DNA of 48,593 nucleotides, filler included, from Sphacelaria rigidula (Eukaryota): assembly GCA_964200075.2 (NCBI GenBank). It is 3 parts of 3 records of this genome, joined end to end, with 100 filler letters (N's around TTAATTAATTAA, not from the genome) between each part and the next. Parts side by side here need not be neighbours in the genome. Positions count along the whole stretch, not along the records: positions 16,232 to 32,362 come from CAXNAA020001472.1; positions 32,463 to 48,593 come from CAXNAA020001473.1; 1 more part is not named here. One strand, 5' to 3'. The notes beneath the pieces were generated by a model. The model did not search any database. It was not told the origin of the DNA and saw only the letters and a list, made by a program, of their open reading frames with translations. Position 1 is the stretch's first letter. Each line of letters starts with the position of its first letter. The position numbers were made by a program, and so were the translations under genes. Positions 24,700 to 36,505 of this stretch are shown here, in pieces.

Positions 24700-27015
24700 A
24701 ACACAGATGCCTCCCCTCTGTCCCGATGTCCTGCATATGCCATTGAACATCGGGACGACGGGACGAGAGGTTAGCGGAGATACGATTGGTTGGCCATCGC
24801 GAAATACCATCAGCAACATCATTCAGAATCCCCGTCACGTCTTTCGCCTCAAACACCCATCCGGACGCTATTTCCAACATGCCAAGTATACGCATCAGAG
24901 CGCCCGATCGCGGCTCCTTCCCCCCTCTGCACTTATGTGCTCCGTCTCGAAAGGGATGCGTGGTCAATGGTCAAACGACTAAGGCAAGCAACAAATGAGT
25001 ACGCCTCTGCACTTATTCACCCAAGTCACGGCGGCTGAATTTTCTCCACGCAGCAGCACGCAATCAGTGCGATGTCGTGGTCGTCTCCCACCGAGAACAA
25101 ATATCACCCACGCCGACATGACCATACCCAACAGTTCCAGGACATTGATGGAGATGTCTTCTTCCGAGTGCACCGTATCACCTTTAAACTGATAACGTTC
25201 CTCACCGGAAAAGTCATAGCGCCACCACAAGCCCGACTGCAGACAATATCCGCCAACCGCAGCACCCGATGCGCACGAAAACAAGGACAGCTTGGGTGGG
25301 CGCAACACTAACTGGTACACCGGGGACGATAACACTGCTCCATCCCGCGACGAACCGTCACTAACCAGCCAACGCCACACGTTCAAATCATCGTGAAACC
25401 CCGGCCTCAAAACCACCACTCGCGACTTCCTCGCCGCCCTCTTTTGAAAATCACCCCCCGTCACAACACGGGACGAGGAGGGGTGGCGCACTCCTGCTGA
25501 TGCGAGCATGCGGTGCACAAAAACTTACCCGGACGCAAAACGTAGGAGACGTGTAGCAGGAAACCGGTCAACGAGGAAATGTCGCTCACTGTTACACCTT
25601 GCGGTCCTGAGCCCATTGCAACACCAACTTTTGCACTTTTGAGATTTTTGCCCTTGACGGCGAGATCGACAGAAAGTCAGTATCAATTATCCATCCCAGT
25701 ACTTCCAACCGGGTGTCCCACGCCGACATTTTGTTGGCGTCTAACAACGGGGGGTCATCCGCCCCCCTCTCACCCAGTAAACGATAATGATCTGATATCG
25801 AGGACCTCGACGCGCACAAACATCGCCTGCCGTCAGGACAATATTGTACTTCCACCAATATAGTGGCGTCAATGTAGATGCACATAAAAAAGGGATCGCC
25901 CACCCCGCCACCAACTCCCGGAACGGTCTTACAGTCCGGGGGCAGAGTTGCAACGCGTTCCTGTCGGCGTGATGCCATCTTGATAGACTGAGCATCATGG
26001 CGGCCGACATCCGTCACCGCGTGCGTGAAAAATGATGTGTTGTTGTGCGAGTGTTTCAAGGCTGCCACTAGTAACTCCCAAAGCCGGGACTGCTGCGCCA
26101 ACCGAATACCAGACACGGATCAACTACCGCCATATCACCAAACACATACCCGAAATAAGCGACGCGGACTGGGTCCACCAACACCTGGCGAAATGCCTCC
26201 TTGACATCAAGTTTACTCAGCACAACGCGGGCCGCGGGGCCAGATTTCTGTCGCAAGAGCAAAATCCGCATCAGAACTTTACGCAGCACCCCACCGATGT
26301 CACACGGCGGTGCCTACAAGACATCTGTGTCCGCATTAACACTGGTGTGCGGCGCTCGACGCGGGGGAAAAGTGAGATCATGTATGATACGAAATTTGGG
26401 GTGCACCACCACCCCAAGTGGGGAAACACGAAATAATTTAATATCGAAGATCAGCCTCGCGTCGAATACCAGTGTGCGACCGTTCATAACATCCAGGCGC
26501 AGCTGTTCATATATACGGTCCTGGTACTTATCCACCCTACTATGATTCCCATAGTTAATCGCATTAACCGAATCACCCCCGGGTTGGACATCAACTGGTA
26601 CACCCCGTTCTAGTACATCGACAAACAAAGTGATTCCGGGAAACCCTTGAGGTCACCAAACCATCGACGAACACCTTCAACGTCTACTTGCGATCCGAAA
26701 GGTTCTCGCCCTACTTGGTTAACGAAAACTTCAACCGTCATCACACGCGTGAAGCATGGTCGAGCCTATATCTGCAATGCGGGTAAGGTGCGCTACTGCC
26801 TGCGTGTCAGTCAGATTACCTAACTGCTTAACCGAATATTTCCTCCTCTTACTGCAGCATTGAAAATTAACGTCATCCCACACATCCAAGATACCAGAAT
26901 CACAGTTCGCCATGGAACCTGGGGCCAGCATATCACTCTCGCATCCGCCTTGCTGCCATCCCAGAGCGGCGCGTGCCAAGTCCCGCAACCCCATCTTATT
27001 TAGGTACGTGCGCAT
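24700..27015 (-). pseudogene. Reverse transcriptase + RNase H of YR retrotransposon (frameshifted)
   Basis: VSPLGVV..KFRIIHDLTFP; LSKLDVKEAFRQV; FGWRSSPG; YIDA (degenerate YxDD); LEVLGWIIDT; RNase H LFSCASG, INVLELLG, LRGENSAAV, NDVADGISR. Confidence 0.9.
24937..25003 (+). mobile_element. 67-bp structured mini-retroposon inserted in RNase H
   Basis: Perfect 13-bp TSD CCTCTGCACTTAT (24924-24936 / 25004-25016), duplicating the codons for KCRG. Confidence 0.9.
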
Positions 27016-29069
27016 TCCGACGCTCCTGTCCAGGATTGGCCCCGCCTCAACGCGAAGCCCGTCCCCCTAGCCCGACCTTCCTGCACGCGCCGCCGTACTA
27101 TTGCCACCGAGTGAACCCCCGTCCCCACTAGAACTCCCCCGCAGTCATTGCTCCCCTCGGCAATCCGAACTCGCGGCCCCGATACCTGCGTGGTCAGGGA
27201 CCGACTGCTGCCGCTGGTCCCGGAAACAGGGACCCCGGTGTCGGAGGTGCGGGTTCCTATGGGCCGGCCGGCACCACTACCGCCACTACTGGTGGCGACG
27301 CTGGAGTTGCCATCCCCTCCCGATTGTGGCACGTCGTGGCTGAACCTGCATCTGTCCCCCCACCGACAGTGGCCGTAGTCCAGAAAAACGAAGCATGGCT
27401 GCCTCCGTCGCAATCGCTTGGCCGCCAAGGACTCGCCGTCTCCGGCTGCGGTGCCCCAATTCCCTGCACCCCGGTTGCCGGAGCCCGATCCTCTCCCCCA
27501 CCCCCCCCCAGGGGTGGCGCTTTCTGTCCCCCTCCCTTCCGACGTGTCAAAGTACTCCGCTCTCACCATTCGTGCAGCGTTGACCCCGGTCTCGATGAAC
27601 GAGCGTAGCTGAGGAAAGGCGGAAACAGGTGCAGAAGGGAGAACGCCTGCCGGCGGTGGCGGAGAACGATTGTTCGCGAACAAGTGCTGCGATCACTGTG
27701 CCGAGGCGTCATACCACTTGCCGAAGTCAGAGTTGATGATGAGGGTCGTGGTATCAGTACCCGCGCGCTGCATCATCATATCGAAGTGGGCATTGGTGTA
27801 CGACCGAAGATCAGAGGTCATCTTCGCAAAGGCCGCTGTAAGCGCCCCCACCCGGCCGACACACATCGCGTCCTCTGCCCCGGATGGCGCTCCCAGACCG
27901 GCACCCAGCAAGCGCCCGAAGGCTTCACCCATCAGACCCAAACGGTGCGGCAGGGATATCTTGTCGCTCGAACTAGAACCCGCAGCACCGTGCGGCATGA
28001 TTGCTGCAACGTCGAGTAAGGAGAGAGTGCGAAAAATGCTCGCCAACTTCGAAGAGACATGCATCATAGCACCCAGGTCCCCCTGTAACCCAGGTGGACT
28101 GAATGACTGTGCCGGCGGTTTGCCGGTGAGGAGCCACCACTTGAGCGACGCGGCGTCCTGCCAAAGCTGCACACGATCCCGCACCTCGTACTTTCGTCGC
28201 TGCTCCACTTCCGCCCAAGCTGCAGCCTCGTTTGCCGCCTCCTGCTGTTCATCCCACGGCTGCACACTGGTCCACGACCCGCCTCCACTCACGGGTTCCG
28301 AACCGGCAAGGTTTGCAGTCTGCAGGTCGGTGTTGTCCCAACGAGCAGCGGGGGGCGCGGGTTGTGCTGCCGTCGAACCGATGTGGAAGGTGCTTGATCC
28401 GCAGCCAGCCTCTTCAAATTCCCCGCGCGGCTCAGCGCGTACCCCTGGAGTACCTGGCCATAGCACCGCTGGACGGGCTGGTGACCGCAGGGACACATCA
28501 CCAGCGACGGTAGTGAGCGGCCTAGCCGCCTCTGTGCCAGGACCCCTTACCGCCGCGTGGGAAAAGTTACCATCATCAGGGCGGCTGATAAATGCCACGG
28601 GCCTCGCCCCTGATGAAACTAACTGTTGGACCACCTCCCTCAACTGACGATCCTCGTCTGTAAATGAGGTCATCTTGGACCTCGAACCCTTCACGCTCGT
28701 CTTGGTGCCCTCAAGGTTGGCGGCGATGGCGTCCACGCGTTCGCTGATGCGGCCCATATTTTCGGTGATGTCGCCCACCTGGTTGTCCAAAGTATCGATT
28801 TGTTGGATCTTAGCCCGCGGCAATCCTACCGCCATCCTATCGTCGAGGGCGAGCCACCCCGACGCACGGTCATCAATGTGCGCGTCCCCGCTGTGTGCCG
28901 CAGACCTGGTGGAAGACGACCTCGTCTGGGGTGCAGGCGCGGAAGCGGGCGCCGCGGCCTTCTGTTTACCATTACTCCCCGCCCCCGTCGACGCTCCTCT
29001 GGACGACGGCATGTTGGTCAGAGCCGTGAAAACTGCAAATGAAAACTTCAGAAAACACTCGGGGCGCAT
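27000..29069 (-). pseudogene. ORF1/gag-like protein with coiled-coil segment and CCCH zinc finger
   Basis: ORFs 27693-29069 and 27000-27683 are the same frame split by one TGA; CFVFLDYGHCRWGDRCRFSH = C-x8-C-x5-C-x3-H; first ORF upstream of RT. Confidence 0.8.
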
Positions 29070-29372
29070 GAGCTACGGCAACGATTCGAGATATTGTAAC
29101 TCGCTGATAGTCGCGACGCCCGTATCCCGTAACTCGCTCACCTCGGGCTTACTCCACACCCCACCACTGTCGCTTAGTCGTGCTCGCACTTGCCCTTGTA
29201 TCTCGGTTGCTTCCTTTACACTGAGGCTCTGAACTGACTCACGCACTCGATCACATCACATCTGTTCCGAAACGACTTCAAGATACGTGAACCACAATCT
29301 AGGTCTGGAAAATTTCTATCCTCTTCTGCACAAAAGCTCGGCTCTTTTTAAACACAGAAATGAAGATTTTGC
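29035..29372 (-). repeat. 5' direct repeat (A1) of YR retrotransposon
   Basis: Direct repeat of 22019-22357, directly upstream of ORF1. Confidence 0.9.
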
Positions 29373-30712
29373 GTTTGCAATTGAAAACCCGAAGCGGTGA
29401 GAGTTGTGCAATATACATGGCGTTTCGCATGTGTACCACCCAAGCGCCAGGAACTGCTAGGAGCACGACATCTTGATAACGTTTTTGACTGTGACTTCGT
29501 CACCGAGGAAAATTTGAGAGAAATCTTGACTCTTCTTCATGCTTCGGTATCACATTGACCAGCCACCACTGAGCGCTCAACGCGTGATGTCGACAGAATA
29601 AAGCAAAGCATACACAACGACGCTAAGGAACGCAGTCTTGCTCCACATTTAATATCCGTTCAATCAACATCTGTCCATACCCAATCTCTGTTTGTTGGGT
29701 TATAATATGTTGTCTGCGATATTCTTGTCACGTCTAGATGTGTGCGCTGTGTGGTCATGTACTCGCCTCTGTAGCAGCGTCCCTACGGTCATTGTAGAAC
29801 GTCAATACTTCAGAAATTTTGGCTTGAGTATGGCACATATATGTACACATAACACTTTGGAGTATGACACATATATCGGGTGAAATAACTGGTTTAACTG
29901 ATTACACAACCGGTCAGGTAACCAGTTGTACCACTTAACTGTAACTGGTCAGTTAAGCTGGCAGCCAGTTCACAAGTCTACTCAAAAGAACTGTCTGTAG
30001 TAGAGGTTACTCAGCTCGAGATTCTTCGCACATTTAACAGTTGTTTACAGTCAAATATATCGGGAACCTCGAGCTTGAGATATCTCTATGTAGTAGATGC
30101 ACAGATATGCACAGTAACCCCAACACAAGACATACATACCGACAACGTCCAGGCAAAGGGGCGTCGATGTTGGCGAAGACGCGTTGTGCGATCTGTGTAG
30201 CCAAAAGATACCAAGCCGTAGGTTTCAGTATAACCGCATGCACGACTGGAGCAGTGGCAGGGGACAGGGGATCCTGAATTGATGGCCCTTATCTGTGTAG
30301 CCCCTTGCTGGCTGGCTCGTGATCTGTTTCTGGATCACTCCGTGGTAATAGCAAGTTAGAAGAAAGGATTTGTCGAGCACGAGGCCGGTGATACTGGAGG
30401 ATTCCCTCGTTGAAAGTCCCCCTGTCCAGATCGTCTGGCAGAGGCTATCATATCTAGATATTTCTTGTCGGCACTCTGTTGGAGGATTTTAGCTGAGGAG
30501 AAGAGGCCGCAGCCGGAAGCCAGTTTGGGCCGCGGAGGGGAGGAGACCAACTTGAAGCGCACAGCAGTGGGGGACACTCCGTGGACTGAAGAACGCACAA
30601 GTCAGGCAAGATTCTCTCCGTGAAGTGTTTAAATCCTAGACGACATGGCTCAAGCGGCGGCAGCGCCGCTGGTGTTTGGTGAGCCGCGAGACTCGCCGAA
30701 GTATGGCGAGGT

Positions 30713-32307
30713 GTGGACCGAGGAAGCATCAAGCGTTTTCTACGTCAAAGATCTCGACTTTTAGAGAGGTTGTATCTGGCAAATGCACAAGGAGTCATAC
30801 AGCATGCTAGGGTGAGCATTGGACAACTTATTCCTACATACATTCACCGGTGCTTTGAAGGCATGTTCAAGGACCGTCGGGCTATGCCCCCCGACGAATT
30901 ACCAGACGCTGTGAAGCAGCATGCCGGGTACACCACAAACGGCGGCAAGCATGATACTGCGCGGGCTGCAGCAGACCTGCGTAGAGTTGTGACTGTGCCG
31001 CAAGGCGGTGGAACATCCGTCAAGGATAGAGCGATGATGGTCAATTCGTTGATGGAAACGTTTCTCGTGGAAAACCTCACGGTACAAGCCATGTACCGTG
31101 CGGAGGGCAGAAGCTGGTTGCCATGCCCGGCCGAGTCGGTTTCCAAAGCTTTGGTTGACGGGATTTCGCCTCCGGAATTCAAGGCGTACGTTAGAAGCGT
31201 ACTAGTGTATGTAGGCGTTTGGGAAAAGAATCCGACCGTGGTGTTCAACAAAATATTTGATGCCGCCGACCACTGGAAGTTCATTGAGGCGCATAGCCTG
31301 CGCGATTCTGCGGCAAGTGCAGGTGGTGCGCGCCGCAAACAACAACAGCACCAGAAACAGCAGCCGTCTTCGTGAGCTTCATCCACTCCCGCATGTTACA
31401 ACTGCGGCGACAACGGACACCTGGTGAAGGATTGCCCCAAGCTTCGCGCTCAAGGCGATACTCAAGGAAATGCGCGAGATTCATCAGGATTTCGCGGCGG
31501 TCGCCACAGTGGACGGGGCGTCCCGACCATGAAGGCGGGCGCAGCGGCCGCGGTAGCAAACGATCGACGGCGGATGGTGGTTCCTCCGCTGCTTTTTCGT
31601 CCACTACGTCATCAGGTGGTGACTCTGGACTTTCTGGTTCGTCCGTGTCGGGGCGGACAGTGCACGTGGGAAATGCAAATACTTCCGTGGGGAGTGCTGG
31701 AACGAATAGTTCGCAACCCCTCGGCCAGGCAGGATCCGTGCCTGGTGCATCTCCTACTGCTGCGACGGCTGTAACAGCGCTATCTGCATATTCGGGGACG
31801 TGGTCTGGGCGGACCGCCGATCCACGAACATTGATGCCAAGTACTGGAGCGCAGCCCTGGCGTCAGGTGACTCTTGGTACCAACCAGGGTTCATCGGTAG
31901 GTGTGGTACCTGTTGATCGCAATGCAGAGTGTTGACGCGCAGATCTTCCCTTGCCTGGTTCCGTAAGTTCGTTCATGGCCCGCGTTATTCTCAATTCTGG
32001 GTCCGCGCTCACGTCCATCGGTGTGGGGTCGCTAGAACAAATGTCTTCGCAGTTTGGAGGCGCTCAGCTGCAGATTCCGTTCGAGAATTGACCACAAACG
32101 GCACAGACCGCCACGGGTGCTCCCGTGACGGTGACACATGAAACTGTGCCGGTTTCTGTTGGCGTGCGTACGCCGTGGGGGGCTGTGGAGTTGCAGCCCA
32201 TTACTTTCGCTGTCATGCTCGGTAGGGACAACGTGGTTCTATTTGGGATGACGACGATGAAGGAGCTCGGGATTGGTTTGTATCCGCTGGCGTTGGATAA
32301 GTTACAC
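30713..32307 (+). mobile_element. Ty3/gypsy LTR-retrotransposon remnant: gag (CCHC knuckle) + aspartic protease
   Basis: Gag-like ORF continues in frame past one TGA into CYNCGDNGHLVKDC (31394-31435); VILNSGSALTSIG (DSG to NSG) at ~31984; cut by a MITE and the segment end. Confidence 0.8.
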
Positions 32308-32362
32308 GAGCAATGCTACGGTAGGGGTGCACTTTTTTCGCGAAATTTTGTCTGGTTCAGAG
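32308..32362. mobile_element. Partial MITE family A copy at segment end
   Basis: GAGCAATGCTACGGTAGGGGTGCACTTTTTTCGCG matches 23859 onward. Confidence 0.8.
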
Positions 32363-32462
32363 NNNNNNNNNNNNNNNNNNNNNNNNNNNNNNNNNNNNNN
32401 NNNNNNTTAATTAATTAANNNNNNNNNNNNNNNNNNNNNNNNNNNNNNNNNNNNNNNNNNNN
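32363..32462. other. Artificial scaffold-joining spacer
   Basis: N44-TTAATTAATTAA-N44. Confidence 0.97.
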
Positions 32463-33511
32463 GCCACTTCAGCCCCATATTTTTGTATGAACCCCAAAAT
32501 ATAAAATCGGCTGTTAAATGCTTGTTGCACCTCCAGCGCGTCGCTCTGAGGCGCGATTCTTGTACTTGGTTCTTGAAGTGCGTGGCAGTATTACTAACTC
32601 ACTCACGACGCACCCCCAAAGTCTTGCACCATTGCAACGAATACTTAGCCGTAACCTCGGCAGTGCAAGCCCGGGTTGGTTCCAACTAAACGAAATTCGA
32701 CAAATCATCCGGGATCACAAACATACAGCAAATCATCAGGCAGTTAGTACCGTCAAGTTTGCTTCTTCCGACGTACAAAAATCAAATAGAACAACCTCAC
32801 CTGACGCAATACCTTGAAAAGTATCGCCAAAAACGTGCCACGGGCAAGGATCAGTCTTCATACGTGCATAATTTATTAGATCCTCAAACACACGAAAACT
32901 TGTGCGATCTCTGCTCACAGACAACGAGCCTACGCATTTCTTAATTTCAGCTATTTTCACGTCATCAGCAACAATCACCGTCTCCTACAGTCAGTACGAG
33001 CCGACGCATTTTGCTCATCATTCAGCAGTATTTTGTTAACTGCCTCACCCTTACGGTCATCAGACACCATGCACATCAGTAGCATTCAAGCGAAAATTCC
33101 ACACATGCATGCCAAGATCCCACTCAGCATACGAAAATTCGTATATTCCAACCAACACACGAAATTTTGTACACGCGTGCCAATATTTGACTCAGGGTCT
33201 CCAATGCAACCCGTGTTGCACAAACCATGCACCATGCATGCTATTCAGAGCAGCACAACACACGCATACCAAATTCCACGCGTACACCGGCATTTTCCAG
33301 CGAACGCAACAGGAGCACACCCGCTCTACTGTAATGCTTCATGTGCGAGCAGCGACACAAAAATGACCCAAAAAGCACACCATAACAACTTTTAATCGTC
33401 AGAAAACGATTCGGAAATACCAGTCATCACGTGTGTCCTCATGCTCAACAAGCACCCTCACAAGTACTTGCTCCTCAACAATATTCAATCCGGAGCTCAC
33501 CACTGTATCAC

Positions 33512-35130
33512 TCATCTCAGGTGATCCCCGCTTTGTAGGCTTCCAGTCCGCTCCTGCGAAGTAGCAGCACCGGAACCACTACCTTCTGCACACCATAGAG
33601 CAACAATTCCTATGGTACGGTAGCTCCTAGCAGCCACATCTAGCACCCCCATGATGCATCTCAGCATGCCATCAAACAGCATATCCTTACTGCCGAACCA
33701 ATGCGACAAAAAATCTGCCTCAACACAAGCTTGCGCATCTACGATTTCTTCTGTTTCAGTCGCTTTTTTAGGCGAAAGGAGAGGTGAAACGGGAAGAACC
33801 ATACAGTCCCGCATAGCAACAGCTTTCGAAGGCACCACATCATCCTCTTTAAGCACCTGACCTGATATCATATGAAATATCACGCATCATTCGCTTACAT
33901 TTACGATGGGACAACGGCGAATTGACCATCCGAAATCTGCGATCCATCAGCGCCTTAAACGCTCTCACCGCACAATTCTTCACATGCCATCCCATATTGC
34001 CGACCTCCATACCTCCGGCGATCCCATCACGTATGCTTTGAACCATGTCAGAAAATGCTCCACCTTCTTCGCCTCCACACTTGACTTTGTGGGCTCCAAC
34101 CACACGAAGTTGCTTACACCGTCTTTGATCACCAAATTATCTTGGATCGGATCTCCGTCGTCCAACCCACCATTTTCCAGCTGACCACTCGCTCCATCGC
34201 TGAGGAAATTGAATTCCATCACCTCCTCCGGGCGAGTACCCTGCACCTTATCCCCACCATGCACCATATCCTCGTGGGGAGGGGGGATGTGTGCCCCCAC
34301 CTTGGATTCGCTCACCCGTCGCGAGCAGAAATTTCCCAGCATTTCCATCGCCGCTCTCTCCAAGCTTGACTGCAAACTGCAGTATAGTAACCTAAACGCC
34401 ACTAGAACTGCAATGCACGAAGCTAGCCACCCGGCCTTGACCGGATCGTTGCAATTAGGCTGGGCCTTCGCAGCCGTCAGCTGTGACTGTGGCTGCACCT
34501 TCATAGGCGGTACGGCTCCACTCTCAGGCGCTTCCTCTTCCTTTCCACCTGCATCCTTCTTGCTCTCACTTTGGAACGATCACTCAGGGACGATCACCCG
34601 CCTTGCCGAAAGATAACTAGGGTTGTTCACGCCGGTCTGCACCGGCACAGCACGCGGGCGTAACTCTTCCAACACCAGCGGATACGAATCAATTCCCAGC
34701 TCCTTGATTGTCGCCATGCCGAATAAAACCACGTTGTCCCTACCGGGTATGACAGCGAAAGTAATGGGCTGCAACTGCACCGCCCCCAACGGCGTACGAA
34801 CGCTAACGGCAACTATTTTAGTGTGTAACCGTCACGGGAGCACCCGTGGTGGTCTGCACCGTTTGCGGTCTGTTTTCAAACGGAATTTGAAGCTGAGCGC
34901 CGCCAAACTGCGAAGATATTTTCTCAAGCAACCCCACACCAATCGACGTGAGAGCGGACCCAGAATCCAGAATAACGTTGGCCATAATCGAACCTACAGA
35001 ACCAGGCGAGGCTAAATCTGCGCGGAAGCATTCGCCCTTGCGATCGACAGGTACCACGCCTGCCGAAGAACCCTGTTCTGTCCCAATAGTCACCTGACGC
35101 CAGGGCTGCCCTCCAGCACTTGGCATCGAT
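33512..35130 (-). mobile_element. Ty3/gypsy remnant: protease joined to integrase fragment, RT/RNase H missing
   Basis: VILDSGSALTSIG protease, closely similar to 31830-32305; integrase-like HG..RPEEVMEFNFL, LVIKDGVSNFVWLEP, SPLSHRKCKRMMRD. Confidence 0.8.
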
Positions 35131-36249
35131 AAACAGGGTTTTTTTATAAAATGAGGTTCATCAATGAAATGAGGTTTGAAGACCCTAGCCGTTGAATGAC
35201 AAAAAGCCCTCAAGAGTACCGCACGAGCACTGATGTGCAATTTTGGGGAGGAGTAGGCAGTACGTCCGTGGTTGCACATGCCGCCCATCCCTGGTTAGCT
35301 GCGAGCGACGGACCATAACAACGTTTGTTTGATTGTCGACGAAGTTCTCACTATTGCTTGTTTCGAGGCTCGTGTCCAGACAAAACTCTCGGGCGTCAAG
35401 TTGCTCGTCAGTGACGTGCTGGGGGGATATCACTGCCAACGCAGTGATGTGCCGAGCGGATGATTGGGCGTCCACTGTCCTGAAGAAGGGCACGTAAAAA
35501 CGCATCATTAATCTTCTTCATTGACGGCCGATGCACAACGTGAATAATGTTTTGCACGACTCAACCGTACTGCAAATAGCTGTCGAGCTTTCCAATCCGG
35601 TTCGAGCATATATGATGCGGCAATGTCTCAGTCGAAAGAGAAATCATTGGCATCCACCCCATCATCGCTTGGTACGGTCCCGTCATACACACCATCGCAA
35701 CACCCCATCATGCTACATGACAGCATCTCGACCCCGCCCTGAACTGTACGTTCGCGTCCGCATCCCGACTAGTATATGAACCTATTGCTTTCACTCTCCA
35801 ACTGCGCCACTGTAACTCGAGACTCCAGCGTCATCACTATTACTATCGCAATCACCACCATCATCACCATCGCCATCACTTCCAGTATTACAGTCGTCAT
35901 GGTCATCATTGAGGGCTACCTCATCCTCCAACACTTCTCGACTCGTGTCGCGTCTGACCCTCGGCCACCTTTGCTCGAATCCCGGCCCCCCGGCCCACCT
36001 ACGACCAGATCCCCGGGAGTGACCGTGATAGGCTGCTTCGCGGTGAGCCTCCCTTTCATCTTTCGACTCTCTTGCACATTGGCTATTACAGCATGCTGCG
36101 TACCATCTGCGCTGCCTATCGCAGCGGTAACGTACGAGTCTCTGGGGCCGTTGTGAGGTTTTTTGGACCTTATCCCTATCACAACCCCCTCCCCGCCCGT
36201 TTTGATTGCATGCCACCTTTGTTCACGTCCCGGACTTCCCCCTCTAGCA

Positions 36250-36322
36250 CGTCCCGTCCCGTCCCGTCCCGTCCCGTCCCGTCCCGTCCCGTCCCGTCCC
36301 GTCCCGTCCCGTCCCGTCCCGT
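36250..36322. repeat. (GTCCC)n pentanucleotide microsatellite
   Basis: About 14 tandem units seen directly. Confidence 0.95.
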
Positions 36323-36505
36323 TCGGGTAGGGGAGGGAGGGGTTCATAGGTGTGCGGGTTTTGTTTTCTAGTGCACCCCCGACATCCCTTCAAATCATGA
36401 GACACCCGCGTAAATATCAGGACGCAAACGGCGGTAAAAGTCGAGGGAAAAGAGGACGACGGGGTCACAGTGTCTTTATCGCCACCCATGCAGCGCTGTC
36501 CGTAC

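Larger units (their letters stand above)
22839..24700 (-). pseudogene. Tyrosine recombinase, interrupted by MITEs
   Basis: N-terminal EYIGYACAKEGLRSNTVASHLAAVAYFH; FFFLTRSSE (catalytic R); FRASRGDQ; FTLHSLRSGGAT (HxxR); GRWKSDAYKPYVR (W, Y). Confidence 0.9.
22019..29372 (-). mobile_element. Tyrosine-recombinase retrotransposon (DIRS order, Ngaro-like), decayed
   Basis: Order gag-like(CCCH) - RT - RNase H - YR on minus strand, bounded by ~340-bp direct repeats; stops, frameshifts and four nested insertions. Confidence 0.9.

Noticed and set aside
27670-28647. 325-aa plus-strand ORF
   Set aside because: Antisense shadow of the GC-rich gag-like ORF; no recognisable motifs
30844-31386. 180-aa minus-strand ORF
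   Set aside because: Antisense to gypsy gag
31830-35130. Apparent large inverted repeat of gypsy protease regions
   Set aside because: Copies lie on different segments separated by an artificial spacer
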